Below, piece after piece: positions 30,680 through 44,516 of a DNA stretch of 64,000 bases (position 1 is its first letter; every line of letters begins with the position of its first letter). The translations under genes were made by a program, and so were the position numbers. The DNA is from the human T2T-CHM13v2.0 reference genome, Homo sapiens, in assembly GCF_009914755.1 (NCBI RefSeq), contig NC_060926.1; one strand, written 5' to 3'. The notes under the pieces were generated by a model that was not told the DNA's origin, ran no database searches, and worked only from the letters and a program-made list of their open reading frames with translations.

Positions 30680-33133
30680 TGTCCATTTTTTTATTGAAGT
30701 CCACAGCTTTATTGAAATGTCTGTTTCTCCCATCAATTCTGTAAGTTTCTGCTTCACATATTTTTGGTTGTTAGGTACACATATGTTTATAATTTTTACA
30801 TATTCCTGATGGACTAAACCTTTTTCTTTATAAATGTCCCTCCATCTCTTACAACAATTTTTGGCTCAAAGTCTATTTTGTCTGATACTAGTACAAGCCA
30901 TTCCAGCTGCTTGTATGGTATATCTGTTTTCTTTTTTTTTTTTTTTTGTTATACTTTCAACCTATTTGCATCTTTGATTATAAAGTGTGTTTTCCCCAAA
31001 TGTCATATACTTGGGTCTTGTTTTTTACTTTAGTCTGACTAGCTTTTTATTGGATTGCTTAATCTGTTCACATGTAATGTTTTTAGTGATATGGTTGCAT
31101 TTATATCTTCTCTCTTGCTTTTATTTTCTATATGTCTAATGGCCATTTTGGATTTTTCTTCCTTCTATGTTACTTCTTTCTCTAACTAAAATATTTCATA
31201 GGGTACCAATTTAATTTATTTAATGATTCTTGAATATATATTTTTAAATCATTTCTTTAGTGGTTGTTTTAGGGCTTACAATAGACATATATACTCTACA
31301 GAATCTATTTCCAATGTATATTAATTAAATTTTATTAAGATATAGAATTTAGTCCTGTGTAGTTCCATTGCCCTTCTCTAACTTTTTGGGCTGTTTGTTT
31401 ACATATTACATCTTTATGTGTTGCAACCCCAACAATACATTGTTATAATTATTGTTTTATGCATTTTTATGTTTTAAATATTATAATTATTACTTTATAT
31501 TGTTTCACGTCTTTTAAAGAAACTAAGAGACTAAAAGAGAGCATAAATGAATCTATAAATTTTTTAAAAATAACCTTTTTATGTACCATTATTTTGGTTC
31601 CTTTATTTCTTCCTGTAGATTATAATTACCATCTGTATTATTTTTTAACTTCAAAATAATTACCACCTCTCTCCTTTGTGGTGTTATTGTTAAGTATATT
31701 TCTAAAGTTCATAGCCTGACAATAAAATCTTTTGACATTGTTTCATGCAATTGTTTTTTAAATTAATTAAGATTAGAAAAATAGTGAACTATATAGATAC
31801 ACAATATTTCATTATTACTGACATAATTACTGGGGCTCTTTGGTCTTTTTTTGTTTGGATTCACATTATTTTCTTGTGTCATTTCCTTCAGTATAAGGGA
31901 ATTTCTTTAGTGTTTATTTTTAACGACAGTCCTCTAGGAACAAATTCTATTAGGTTTTATTTATCTGGACTGTCTTTTCTTCATCTTTACTCTTGAAAAG
32001 TGGCTTTACTGCATATACAATTCTCAGCTGACAGCTATTTTTCTTTCAGGACTTTGAATGTGTCATTTCCCTGGTTTTCATCCTCAGTTGTTCCTGCTGA
32101 AAAGTCAGTTGTTAATCTTATTGTGATCCCCTTGTGATGACTTATGAGTCATTTTTCTTTTTTTGCTTTAAGATTTTCTCTTTATCATTGGTTTCAAATT
32201 TTTTGCTATGGTATGCTTGGGTGTATTTCTTTTGTGTTCATCCAACTGGGAGTTCATTGAGCTTTTTAGATGTGTAGATTAGATGTGTAGGTGTGCTTTT
32301 CAGCAAATTTGGGACAATTTCAATCATTATTTCTTTCAATATTGTTTCAGTCTCTTCCTCCCTCTCTTCTCATTCTGGTATACCCATTATATATATGTGG
32401 GTATGCTTAATGATTTCCTACATTTTTTGAGACTCTGTTTTCTTCATTCTCTTATGTATATTTTTAGATTGTTTGACCTCTATTGATCTGTCTTCAAGTC
32501 TGCTGACTGTGTTCTGCCAACCTAAATTTACTGTTTGTTTTATTATACTTAAAAACTCCAGAATCTTTATATGATTCTTAAAAAAATAATTTCTATCTAC
32601 TTATATTATAGTTGATGAGTTCTTGATGTCATGCCTTCCTTTAATTATTTAGACTTGGTTTCCATTAGGATTTTGAACATATGAGCAAGCTAGGATGGAA
32701 ACAATCAGGCCCCAGTATTCTTGGTCTTTCATTCCTGAAACGGAGCCCTAACCCTGTGAGCAGGAGTTGGGGAAAAGGGGAGCTCAGTGTCAGGGAAGGG
32801 AGACCTACTTCATGCAGTCAAACCTGCCAGGGATAGGACTTCTGCAACATAGCACTGAGGCAGGATAATAGATGGTGATGACCTTCCCTCCTGGCTAAAT
32901 TCATAGCACTAGATTAGGAGCTAGCAAGAGCTGTTGTTTTTTTGGCTGTACCTGCTGAGAACAAAGCATCTGGAGCAGAGCTTCCATCCCATAAAGCTGG
33001 CAGAGGGATGTGGGAGCAGATCACAGCCCAAATGTCACTGACTGTGTTTTCACTGAGATTTAGTAGATGTTCTTGAATAAATGTTTCTTCATTTGCCGTA
33101 TGCCTTTGGGGCAAATCCAGAAACTTTAAATGG

Positions 33134-33172
<39 letters not shown>

Positions 33173-33290
33173 TGGGTGTGTGTGTGTGTGTTTAAATATA
33201 ATTTTCACCAGTCAAATAATTGTTTCACTAGAGAGTTTACTGAGCTTTTCACACTATCATTATGGAGGTCCTAACCGGTCTATCGTTTGT
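30680..33290 (-). mobile_element. Ancient L1M (L1MC/MD-like) fragment spanning 5' region, ORF1 and ORF2 start
   Basis: T-rich reverse L1 phrases (aagtctattttgtctgatact; aaagtcagttgttaatcttattg; gagttcattgagc...agatgtgtagatt). Confidence 0.75.
33135..33190. repeat. (TG)18 plus interrupted extension
   Basis: Direct reading. Confidence 0.95.
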
Positions 33291-34494
33291 TTCACTAATT
33301 TTTATTGATTATTTACATTTTAGTAACTGCTAAGGAGAATATCCTGACAGGCAAGAAACTGCCTCTTGTATTTTCATTTCTGCTATGTGTACAATTTTCT
33401 TACAGATTTAACGTTTAAAGAATCTTGGCTTTATTGCTGGTCAATTACATATGGGTTCTGTAAATTGTTACAGGTAAGTCAAAATGACCTGTGATCTGGA
33501 CCAGGCTGATTCTCTGGTATCTTATTTGTTTTTATCTTTCTATTCCCCTTTCTGTCTGTGGCTATTGGATTTTTAGATCGGAACAATGTGAGATGTTCTT
33601 GCTGTACCAGACTGCAACAGAGCTTGAAACCAAATTTCCAAGGTTAACTTACCAAGGTCACATGTCCAGAAAGTACCAGGGCCCAGTGAAATTGAAATGT
33701 GAACCCATTTCTTTTGTCTAAAATTCTTTTTTATTGCTATTGCGGCTATATTGCTTGTTTTATTGTTGTTATTGAGTTGGCTTTATTACATTTGCTTTTG
33801 TTGTACTAGCTTTTCTCTTTTGCCCATTTCCCCCTGCTTCAAATCCTATTCACTTTTAAATGTCCTGGGCTCCCATGCTGCCACATCCTACACATAATGT
33901 AGAAGAATCAGCACAGATAGGAGGAATAAATATGGGAAAATCAAGATGTAAACCTTGAACCAATTCTGACATGTAATGATATACCCTTTGGCAGGTGCAT
34001 TACCCATGACCCTTTAAAAACACAAGATTACTAAGAGGCCAAAAGAGATCAAGTATATGGACCCATTTGGAAATCAGTAAAGTAAAAATAAATTTAATGG
34101 ATTATCACTGTTAATAATCCCAACAATAATAACTGAATAATTATTTTCACAAAATGTTTGGAGCTTAAGTTCTGGAATGATATGATAGTGTCTGTATCTA
34201 CAAGTGATAACAAATATTGACATGTATTAAATATTTAATTAAAATTAAATATTAAAATGTCAACTTATTCACTGGGCTGAGGACTAATATTCAGAATCTT
34301 TACGTAGGCGAAATTTATATTCTAGCGAGGAAGACAGGTTAACAGAAGTTACGAGGAAAAATAACCCTGGAATACTGATTATTCTGACAGCCACAGTAGC
34401 TGTTTCTCTCTTTCTATAAGGCTGGACTCCTTGTCATTGAAATAATCCTTCATGCTGTGCATTACAATTTTGAAGGAAACAGGATAAGCATTTT

Positions 34495-34930
34495 TAGATG
34501 GCATCTGTTTATTTTGTCTGCCCAGAATTCATTCTTCATTCTTTTGACATGAATTCTTTTTTGCTAGGGGGAAACCCATTACATGTATGTTCTCACCATA
34601 AAGTGTTCACAGAACCAGAGATATGATAATCAAAATCTTATTTGGGATTTTCTGACAAAACTATTAGAGAAGGAACTCAATTTCACTGGAAATGAAAAGT
34701 GAATTATTTAAGAGCCTAGGCCTGCTGGGGCCTCCTCTGCCTCCCTAAGGAGGTAGCCTGCCTAAGAACGACGCCACCATATGTTCAGCAGAGCTGATGA
34801 AAGGAGAGAGCCAGATACTTGTTTATTTTATTTGGGCTTCAGGTTTCAGCCAATTCTGAAGCTAGCTCAGTCCTTTGGATTTTCCCCTTATAAAAGCCAA
34901 CCAATTACCTTCTTATTTTAAGCTACATGG
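34495..34930 (+). mobile_element. Old MLT1 (J/K-like) LTR
   Basis: tctgcccagaattcattc...agcctgcctaagaac...cctttggattttccc...ccaattacct. Confidence 0.55.
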
Positions 34931-34946
34931 GAATTTTTTCATTTTC

Positions 34947-35245
34947 TTTCTTTCTTTTTTTTTTGAGACGGAGTCTTGCTCTCTCACCCAGGCTGGACTG
35001 CAGTGGCGTGATCTCGGCCCACTGCAAGCTCCTCCTCCTGGGTTCACGCCATTCTGCTGCTCAGCCTCCCCAGCAGCTTGAACTACAGGCGCACGCCGCC
35101 ACGCCCGGCTAATTTTTTTGTATTTTTAGTAGAGACGGGGTTTCACCGTGTTAGCCAGGATGGTCTCGATCTCCTGACCTCATGATCCGCCCACCTCGGC
35201 CTCCCAAAGTGCCGAGATTACAGGCGTGAGCCACCACGCCCGGCT
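34947..35245 (-). mobile_element. AluY, CpG-rich
   Basis: Y diagnostics ctgcaagctcc, ttcacgccattct, gtgttagccaggatggtctcgatc. Perfect TSD attttttcattttc. Confidence 0.96.
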
Positions 35246-35322
35246 GATTTTTTCATTTTCAACTGAGGGAGTTTTACTAACAAAGTATTGTAAAAGGTTC
35301 CTGTAAATGTCCAATTTCTTCT

Positions 35323-35676
35323 TGTCTTAGTTGGGATGCTATAACAAAATGCCTTGGACTGTGTGGCTTATAAACAACAGAAATTTATTTCTCACATTTC
35401 TGGAGACCGGAACTCTGAGATCAGGTTGCCAGCAGGGTTAGGTTCTGATAAGGACTCTCCTCCAGGTTCCAGACTGCCAACTTCTCATTGTATCCTCACA
35501 TGGTAGGAAGAGAGCAAATTAACTCTCTGATCTCAACTTATAAGGGCACTAATCCCATTTATGAGGGTGCTACCTTATGACCTAATTACCTCTCTGAGCC
35601 TTATATCCATATACCATCACACCGGGGATTAAGTTTCAGCATCTGATTTTTGGGAGAATACATTCAGTCCATAACA
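35323..35676 (-). mobile_element. MLT1A-like MaLR solo LTR
   Basis: tgtcttagtt...ataaacaacagaaatttatttctcac...cattcagtccataaca. Flanks cttct/cttat. Confidence 0.85.
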
Positions 35677-36344
35677 CTTATCCTTTAGAAAGACTCTAAT
35701 ATGAAGAAAAAGATGAAATGGCCCTTTGGCTCTACAGTGTACCTGTGACTAGATCAGAAATAAGTAGTATAGTAGAACAGTCAATCTTGATACACATTAT
35801 GTCATTAAAATATGTAAAATATATACACATATTTACTTACATAAATATACATATATAGATACAGATAGTGACTTTCCTTCTTTTTCATATTAGTTGTCTA
35901 ATGCATCTTACTTTGTAATTAACTGAATGTATTACTGATCCTTTGGGCCAAGTACAGAAAATTCTACTTTAGGAAATGCTACGATTGAAGCTGCCTCCAA
36001 AACACATGCTACTTGTGATATTTTATGTGCTCTTTTATGGCCTTGACTTTCTCTTGGAGAGTGTCTTCTTGCACTGTTGAGTGCATATAGATAGAATTGG
36101 AAAATTGGAGATAAGATTAAAAGAGAATCTTACTTACACAGTGTTCATTAGAAATATTCTTGCTGAAGCCATAATTAAGACTCAGACTGGCTATTTTTCA
36201 TGCAGTAGTAAGCATAGACTAGAACTCAAAGGCTTTCCCAGGGCCTAATTTATCTACTTACCATGAGCCCTCTATGAGGTCCAAGCTATTTCCAAGATGC
36301 ACAAGGCATATCTGGCTCCAGGACGATTAAGGAAATAGAAATGC

Positions 36345-37240
36345 TGACAAATAATCTAAGTAATCATTGAGTCAAAGAAGAAATCTGAAGATAAATCAGA
36401 AAATATTTTAAACTAAATGATAATGAAAATATGGCAGATCAATAATCATAGGAGTAGCTAAAGCAGTGCTTAGAAGAAAATTTATAGCGCTAAATGCCTA
36501 TATTAGAACAGATAGTAACCTAACAGTGATCTGTGGCTGCAATGTAAGAAAATAAAAGAGCAAAATAAACTCAAAGCAAACAGAAGAACAAAAATATATA
36601 AATATGATATAAATCAAGAAATAGAAATTGGCAAACAATAGGAAAAATCAGCAGTCAAAGGAGACAATAGGAAAAATCAGTAGTCAAAAAAGACAAATTG
36701 ATAAGATTATAGCTATACAGGAAAGAGAGGGGGAAAAACTGCGAACATTTTTAGGAATGAGTATAAGGAAAGAAAAAAGTCACATCACCAAAGGTCTTCA
36801 AACAATAAATAAGTAATAAGCCCATATAAGAAACACTTTTATGTTGAATTTGAAAAAATAGATAAAATGGACAAACATAGCTTACCAAAATTAACATAAG
36901 AAGAAAGAGAAAAGTGGAAAAACTTGGTCTCAATTAAGAAAACTGCTTTCTAAGTGAAACACCTTCCCCCAAAGAATTGTCCTGGATTAGATGGCTTCAC
37001 TGGTGTATTCTACCAGATCATTATGAAAAAAAGATACCATTCTTATAAAAACTCTTTCAGAAATTGAAGGAGAATGGCACACTCTTCCCTTTTCTGTAGA
37101 AGGTTAGTATTATCTTAATTCTGAAACCTAATTCAGAAAAATGAAAGAAAACATTACAGACAAATATCTCTCCTGTACATAGACACATACACACACACAC
37201 ACACATTACAATTAGTAAATATTGTCCAACAATCTATAAA
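36345..37240 (+). mobile_element. L1M ORF2 fragment
   Basis: gagtcaaagaagaaatc...aaagcagtgcttagaagaaaatttatagc...gatggcttcactggtgtattctacca. Confidence 0.75.
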
Positions 37241-37294
37241 ATGTAGAGAATTGCTCAAGGGAGACATAACAATAACAATGAACATATGGGACAT

Positions 37295-37560
37295 CTGAGT
37301 GTAGCACAGTGACCAAAAGCTCAGGTTCCAGAGGCTGAATACATCTGTTCACAGTGTGGATCCACAACTTACTAGCTTTATAACTTTAGGAAATTATCTT
37401 ACTTTTCTAATATCACATTTCTTCACTTGTGAAATGGAAAAAATAATATGTACTACTCACTAGATGTCAGGGTTGAATTAGATAATACATACAGAGTGCT
37501 TGTAACATTGTATATTTTGTATACATTTGCCATCCATTAAATATTCGTCGTTGTCATTAT
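37295..37560 (+). mobile_element. MIR
   Basis: caacttactagctttataactttaggaaattatctt...gtgaaatggaaaaaataat. Confidence 0.7.
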
Positions 37561-37966
37561 CATCATTATCACCACCATCATCATCATTAAAGATATGCTT
37601 CAAATATTTGGCAGGTAACCTGTGAACCTAAAGTTAAGGAGCCAATTTATGATTACAGTTAAAGATAAATTGATAAAAATTGTGACTTACGTCTTAAAAC
37701 TAGTGAGCTTGCTTACGGGGGCTCTGGAGATGAGAAAAATAATCATTTTCCAAAGTGGTCATAAACAGCCATTTTGTAATTGGAGGTTGAATGGGAGGAA
37801 GAGAAAACAATAACAAAGACATTGAGATGAATAGAGAGGGAGTACAAAGAATCATTTCAGAAGCCTACTTTACTCTCCATATCATAAATCAATGTTCTCT
37901 CATCTTGTAACAAGTGAGTTAACAAGAGAAACCACCTTATACATTCTTTTTTAGTCTATTTTATAG

Positions 37967-38358
<392 letters not shown>

Positions 38359-38593
38359 AACAAATATTCTTTTTAATATCTTTTTCACATATTGGACTAG
38401 ATGACATTTTGTGAATCTCCAAGTTTTCAGTTCTTATGTATTTTCTCTTTTTATATTTTCAACCACCCCACAAAGTAAGTAGGAACTATAATTCATAAAA
38501 ACTTCAAGAGTGGAAAGTTAAATAAATTCCCCAAGATCAAAGCAGATAAATGTAAAGAAAGAATTTGAAATTTTCTGACTTCGTTACAGTATT

Positions 38594-40478
38594 CTTTTTT
38601 TTAAGGGTATTTATTTATCTATTATTATTATACTTTAAGTTCTGGGATACAAGTGCAGAACGTGCAGGTTTGTTACATAGGTATACATGTGCCACGATGG
38701 TTTGCTGCACCTATTAACCCATCATCTACATTAGGTATTTCTCCTAATGCTATCACTCCCCTATGCTCCCACTCCCTGAAATGCCCCAATATGTGATGTT
38801 CCCCTCCCTGTGTCCATGGGTTCTTATTGTTCAACTCACACTTATGAGTGAGAACATGCAGTGTTTGGTTTTCTGTTCCTGTGTTAGTTTGCTGAAAATG
38901 ATGGTTTCCTGCTTCATCTATGCCCCTGCGAAGGATATGAACTCATCATTTTTTATGGCTGCATAGTATTCCATGGTGTATATGTGCCACATTTTCTTTA
39001 TCCAGTCTATCATTGATGGGCATTTGGGTTGGTTCCAAGTCTTTGCTATTGTGAACAATGCTGCAATAAACATATGTGTGCATGTGTCTTCATAGTAGAA
39101 TGATTTATAATCCTTTGGGTATATACCCAGTAATGAGATTGCTGGGCCAAATGGTATTTCTGGTTCTAGATCCTTGAGGAATCACCAAAGTCTCAGGATA
39201 CAAAATCAATGTGCAAAAATCACAAGCATTCCTATATACCAATAACAGACAAACGGAGAGCCAAATCATGAGTGAACTCCCATTCACAATTGCTACAAAG
39301 AGAATAAAATACCTAGGAATACAACTTACAAGGAATGTGAAGGACATCTTCAAGGAGAACTACAAACCACTGCTCAACAAAATAAAAGAGGACACACACA
39401 AATGGAAAAACATTCCATGTTCATGGGTAGAAAGAATCAATATTGTGAAAATGGCAATACTGCCCAAAGTAATTTATAGATTCCATGCTATCCCCATCAA
39501 GCTACCATTGACTTTCTTCACAGAAGTAGAAAAAAACTACTTTAAATTTCATACGGAACCAAAAAAGAGCCCGTATAGTCAACAAACTCCTAAGCAAAAA
39601 GAGCAAAGCTGGAGGCATCACACTACCTGACTTCAAGCTATGCTACAAGGCTACAATGACCAAAACAGGATGGTACTGGTACCAAAACAGATATATAGAC
39701 CAATGGAACAGAACAGAGGCCTCAGAAATAATGCCACACATCTACAGTCATCTGATCTTTGACACACCTGACAAAAACAAGAAATGGGGAAAGGATTCCC
39801 TATTTAATAAATGGTGCTGGGAAAACTGGCTAGCCATATGCAGAAGACTGAAACTGGACCCCTTCCTTACACTTTATACAAAAATTAACTCAAGATGGAT
39901 TAAAGACTTAAACATAAGACTTAAAACCATAAAAACCCTAGAAGAAAACATGGGCAATACCATTCAGGACATAGGCATGGGCAAAGACTTCATGACTAAA
40001 ACACCGAAAGCAATGGCAACGAAAGCCAAAATTGACAAATGGGATCTAATTAAACTAAAGAGCTTCTGCACAGCAAAAGAAACTATCATCAGCGTGAACA
40101 GGCTATGTACAGAATGGGAGAAAATTTTTGCAATCTATCCATCTGACAAAGGGCTAATATCCAGAATCTATAAAGAACTTAAACAAATGTAAAAGAAAAA
40201 AAGAAACAACCCCATCAAAAAGTGGGCAAAGGATATGACCAGACACTTCTCAAAAGAACACATTTATGTGGCCAACAAACATATGAAAAACAGCTCATCA
40301 TCACTGGTCATTAGAGAAATGCAAATCAAAACCACAATGAGATACCATCTCACACCAGTTAGAATGGCGATCATTAAAAAGTCAGGAAACAACAGATGCT
40401 GTAGAGGATGTGGAGAAATAGGAATGCTTTTACACTGTTGGTGGGAATGTAATTTAGTTCAACCACTGTGGAAGACAG
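38594..40478 (-). mobile_element. 5'-inverted (twin-primed) L1PA7-like insertion: 3' part on minus (38594-39187), inverted ORF2 part on plus (39186-40478)
   Basis: Reverse 3' UTR and tail joined to sense ORF2. TSD cgttacagtatt (38582-38593) / cgttgcagtatt (40479-40490). Confidence 0.93.
39211..40478 (+). pseudogene. L1 ORF2p C-terminal fragment (inverted segment)
   Basis: ORFs [72 protein letters not shown]. Confidence 0.92.
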
Positions 40479-41271
40479 CGTTGCAGTATTTATTATGCTA
40501 CTGACCATGTCTCCTCAGAGTAACTTTACATACCATTAAAAATTTTGAAAGCAATTTTTCATTTTAAAATCTCCACCATATAATATTTAATTTTACTTTT
40601 TAATACTCACGAAGTTGCTGTGAGTTTATGTTTAAAAACTGTGTGTGTTACTATAAACACATGTTTATGTTTCTAGTGTGGAAAATAGTAACACAAACTA
40701 CGAAATATAGAGTTTTGAAATCTCATGTAACTATAGTAACAAAAAAATGATAATAATAAAGTTTATATGGCTCTCTCTTATTGAGGTAAAATTATGTTCC
40801 ACGTGTTTCACATATATTTTCTCTAACTGTGACACAGATAAACAGATATTATTATCCTTGTGTTATGAATGGAAGGACAGGGCTCCAAGAGTTTACATGA
40901 AGACATATGGGTTGGTTTTCCCAATATCTTTCCTTTAATTGTCAAATTGCTCTAATCTTTAGCTTTAATTGTCAATCTCTTATCATATGATACAGATATT
41001 ACCATCATATTTTCTGTTCTAATTTACAATGATTAGGCTAACAGTAGACACATTACTGACATGGGGTCAATTTGAACCACTTCATGGGCTCGATCAAGTT
41101 GATAACTGATTGCTGCCAGACATGACACAGTTTTGAGGGTGTCCATGATCCACACCCTATGTAATGAAAAAAATCCATGTGCAGGGAGGTGGAATGAGCC
41201 TAATTTACATAGTTGACACCTAGAGTTAGACAAAGAGAGAACCCAAAGAAGACAATTTTCGCTGCCAATCC

Positions 41272-41576
<305 letters not shown>

Positions 41577-43265
41577 AGGCTACCAATTATTAAAAGACTT
41601 TTTGGTTTTGTTTTCAGTTCAGTGGTCACTTTTATCTAGGGAGGTATTATCATATTGATTTCTAGCTTGTTTAATATTTAACACACTCAGAAAATACCTG
41701 GAAACACAGTAAACATTTTATAAATTGGTAGTTTCACATATAAATTTATTTCTTCCTATTAAATTTAATAATTCAAGGTTAATCACATTTACAAAAAAAG
41801 AAAGAAAGAAAGAGAGAACATGGGTTCCCTTAATTCCACTTTTGGATGTACCCAGAATACTGTTTGAAAGTTCCTGAACTCTATTTTAATCCTTATTTTA
41901 ATTTTTAATTATAGCTAATATAACGTTGAAATAAAGGCTTTTAAAATCTTTTTTTGGTCTTTTCTTTTCCATAGCTACGTTATGCAAGCCTTATTTTTTC
42001 TACTCTGTTGCTTTTAAGTATTTCTGCAGTCTAAAGGGCTACAATTACTTAAAACAGTTGGTACAGATCTGTAGTTCAGGACAATACGCAAGCATTTAAC
42101 AAAATCCATTCAATATTGATCTGTGTCGCATTTCTTTCTAACTTCCTTGTGTTTAGAAAAATTCTTAATTATAACTCCTAATTTGTTTCCCGCCAGGTTT
42201 TTAAACTCTATTTCTATATATCTGAATTCCTGTAGGTTTCTGGTCTAACAATTTTAGAATGTTATTTATTTATTTATTTTTCTTAAAATGCTAAAGAGAA
42301 GGAAGCTCATTTAGAGCACAGGTAAGAGAAAGGGAAAAAAATGAGGATCGGTTTTACTAGATTAAAAAATACTTGAAAGAAATTCTCTTGGAGTTAAAAT
42401 TTTGTCTGAGTCTTCAACACACCAATTAAAGAAGCTGATATTGACTGTTAGATGTTGTATTGCCTCATTTTTATAAAGGCCTGCTTAAATGTATTGATTT
42501 ATTGATTTTTATAAGTCAAAAAATGTTTTCCATGATGATCATTGTTACTCTATGACAATTTTGTCTTGTTCTGTACTAAAGAAAGTTCAATAATTAAATT
42601 TTAGTGCAAATTTGTTTACATAGCAAGAGTTCTTCTTGGAGGAGGTGGAGACTGAGATACATAAATCCTTCTGAATAAGAAAATCATGTTACTATGGTAG
42701 TCAATAGATGGGCTAATGAATAGTGTCGTGGGTTCCTTCACCAAGCAAAGGTTAGGAAGGGGCTATAAAATCAATAACTCAACAATTATGGATCTTGGAA
42801 TGCAGACTAAGCAGAGTGACGTTCCTTCATAAACCAGCAAAACAGGGGAGTGCCCTCATGAAGTTTTGTATGAGATCAAAGCAAAGTTTGACCAGTAGAT
42901 TTTCCACAAAATGTTACCAATCTAATGGACCTCCTATTCTTAAACCACAGGGCCAGTGTGGATTTGATTGGAGACCAAGAGTTTTTATGCCATTATCTAT
43001 TCCCTCTGGATCACTACATTGTATACTCAACGGAAATAAGCAATCCGGGAGAAACAAAAACAACATGAAATAAGACTTTGCCCATATAAACGAGCAACAG
43101 CAAAAGAAAAGCAAATAGCAGAATAATAATCAGGTTAATTTTAAAGATATTTAACAAATATTATATCTCCAAAACAAAAAGGCTAATATATTAATATTTA
43201 GATAAAATTACTTATCAGTGGTACATTACTAAAGAGGTCTAATTATAGAAAGAGCTAGTTCCTAT

Positions 43266-43759
43266 TGAGGTAGGAGGCAGGCTAGACTCCAGAGGCAGGG
43301 TTTGAACACCAGACCAAATTGAGTACCAGCTAAAAGAGGTCCAATGTGAAAGCATCTCCCCAAAAGACATGCCCACGAGTATGCCATGTGAGTTTACCGT
43401 TGCCATGGCAACATCTGGAAGTTTCCATCCCTTTCCATGGCAATGACCTGACAACCCAGAAGTTAACCACCCTCCTTCTAGAAATTTCTGCATACACTTA
43501 CCCTTAATGTGCATATAATTGTGGATATAATTGGGTATAAATATGAGTTCAGAACTGCCTCTGAACTGCTACTCTGGGCACGCTGCCTATGAGGTAGCTT
43601 TTTTCTGCAAGGAGCAGTACCTCTGCTGCTGCCATGCACTGCAGCATCAATGAAAGTTGCTGTTTAACAACACTGCCTTGCCCTTGAATTCTTCCCTGGG
43701 CAAAGCCAAGAACCCTCCTGGGCTAAGCCCCAGTTTGGGGGCTTGCCTGTCCTGCATCA
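43266..43759 (+). mobile_element. MER51-like ERV1 solo LTR
   Basis: TG...CA termini and perfect 4-bp TSD ctat. TATA gggtataaata near 43533; poly(A)-signal-like caatgaaag near 43648. Confidence 0.85.
43399..43412. promoter_or_regulatory. Perfect palindromic RFX X-box motif
   Basis: GTTGCCATGGCAAC; motif only, binding not shown. Confidence 0.6.
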
Positions 43760-44516
43760 CTATTACCTTAAAGCAATGTCTTACACAAATATCTAATTGA
43801 TTACAAATCCTAGGAAAACAAAATAAATCCAGTAACGAGAACTCAAATAAATTAGGCAAAGATCATAATTTTGTTGAAACCAGCTAACTTACCAGCAGTT
43901 TCGAAATACAGATGGAGTTCTGGCACAAGAAGTAAATGTGCCTGGTGGGTGGACTGTCTGTTCCTAATGTGTGCCTGGAATGCTGTCAAGCAAGGATTTT
44001 CAAAGCAATAGTGCAAACTCCACTGTTGTAAAAAATGATGTAAACACCCATCCATGCCTGAAATAAAAAGAAATGGAGGAATTTATTGCTTGTTACAGTT
44101 AAGAATAATTATGCTTGTCTGATCATTTCACCTAGCAGGGTAGACTGCTAGTATTATATCAGATAAGAGTGGAGTTATGGGAAGCATGGTTTGGCAGACT
44201 TTAAGAATGGTAAGTAGATTGACATAATTTATGGAATATGTTACTTGGGTGAGACTCGTGGGTTGGCTGACACTCATGGGTTGGTTGACACTCATAGGCA
44301 TGCTATTGGAGTGAGCCTGTTCCTAATTTGCAAGGGGCTGATGCTGATTGGTTGGTTTCAAAAAATTGTGCACACTGAGGTGAATTGTCAAACTATTCCT
44401 TTCCTGTCATTTACTTTAGGATGGAGTTGTTGACTATTCTGTAAATTCCTTAGCACATTTTGTTGAAATCAGTATGCAAATGAAATCCACACATTGCATT
44501 TGATTCATGTGTCTCC

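Noticed and set aside
34225-34260. AT-only palindromes (also 30330-30450 and 54301-54328)
   Set aside because: Short and expected by chance at this AT content.
39656-40192. Longest ORF (178 aa) as a gene
   Set aside because: It is a fragment of L1 ORF2p in the inverted arm of a truncated L1, with no promoter and flanking frameshifts.
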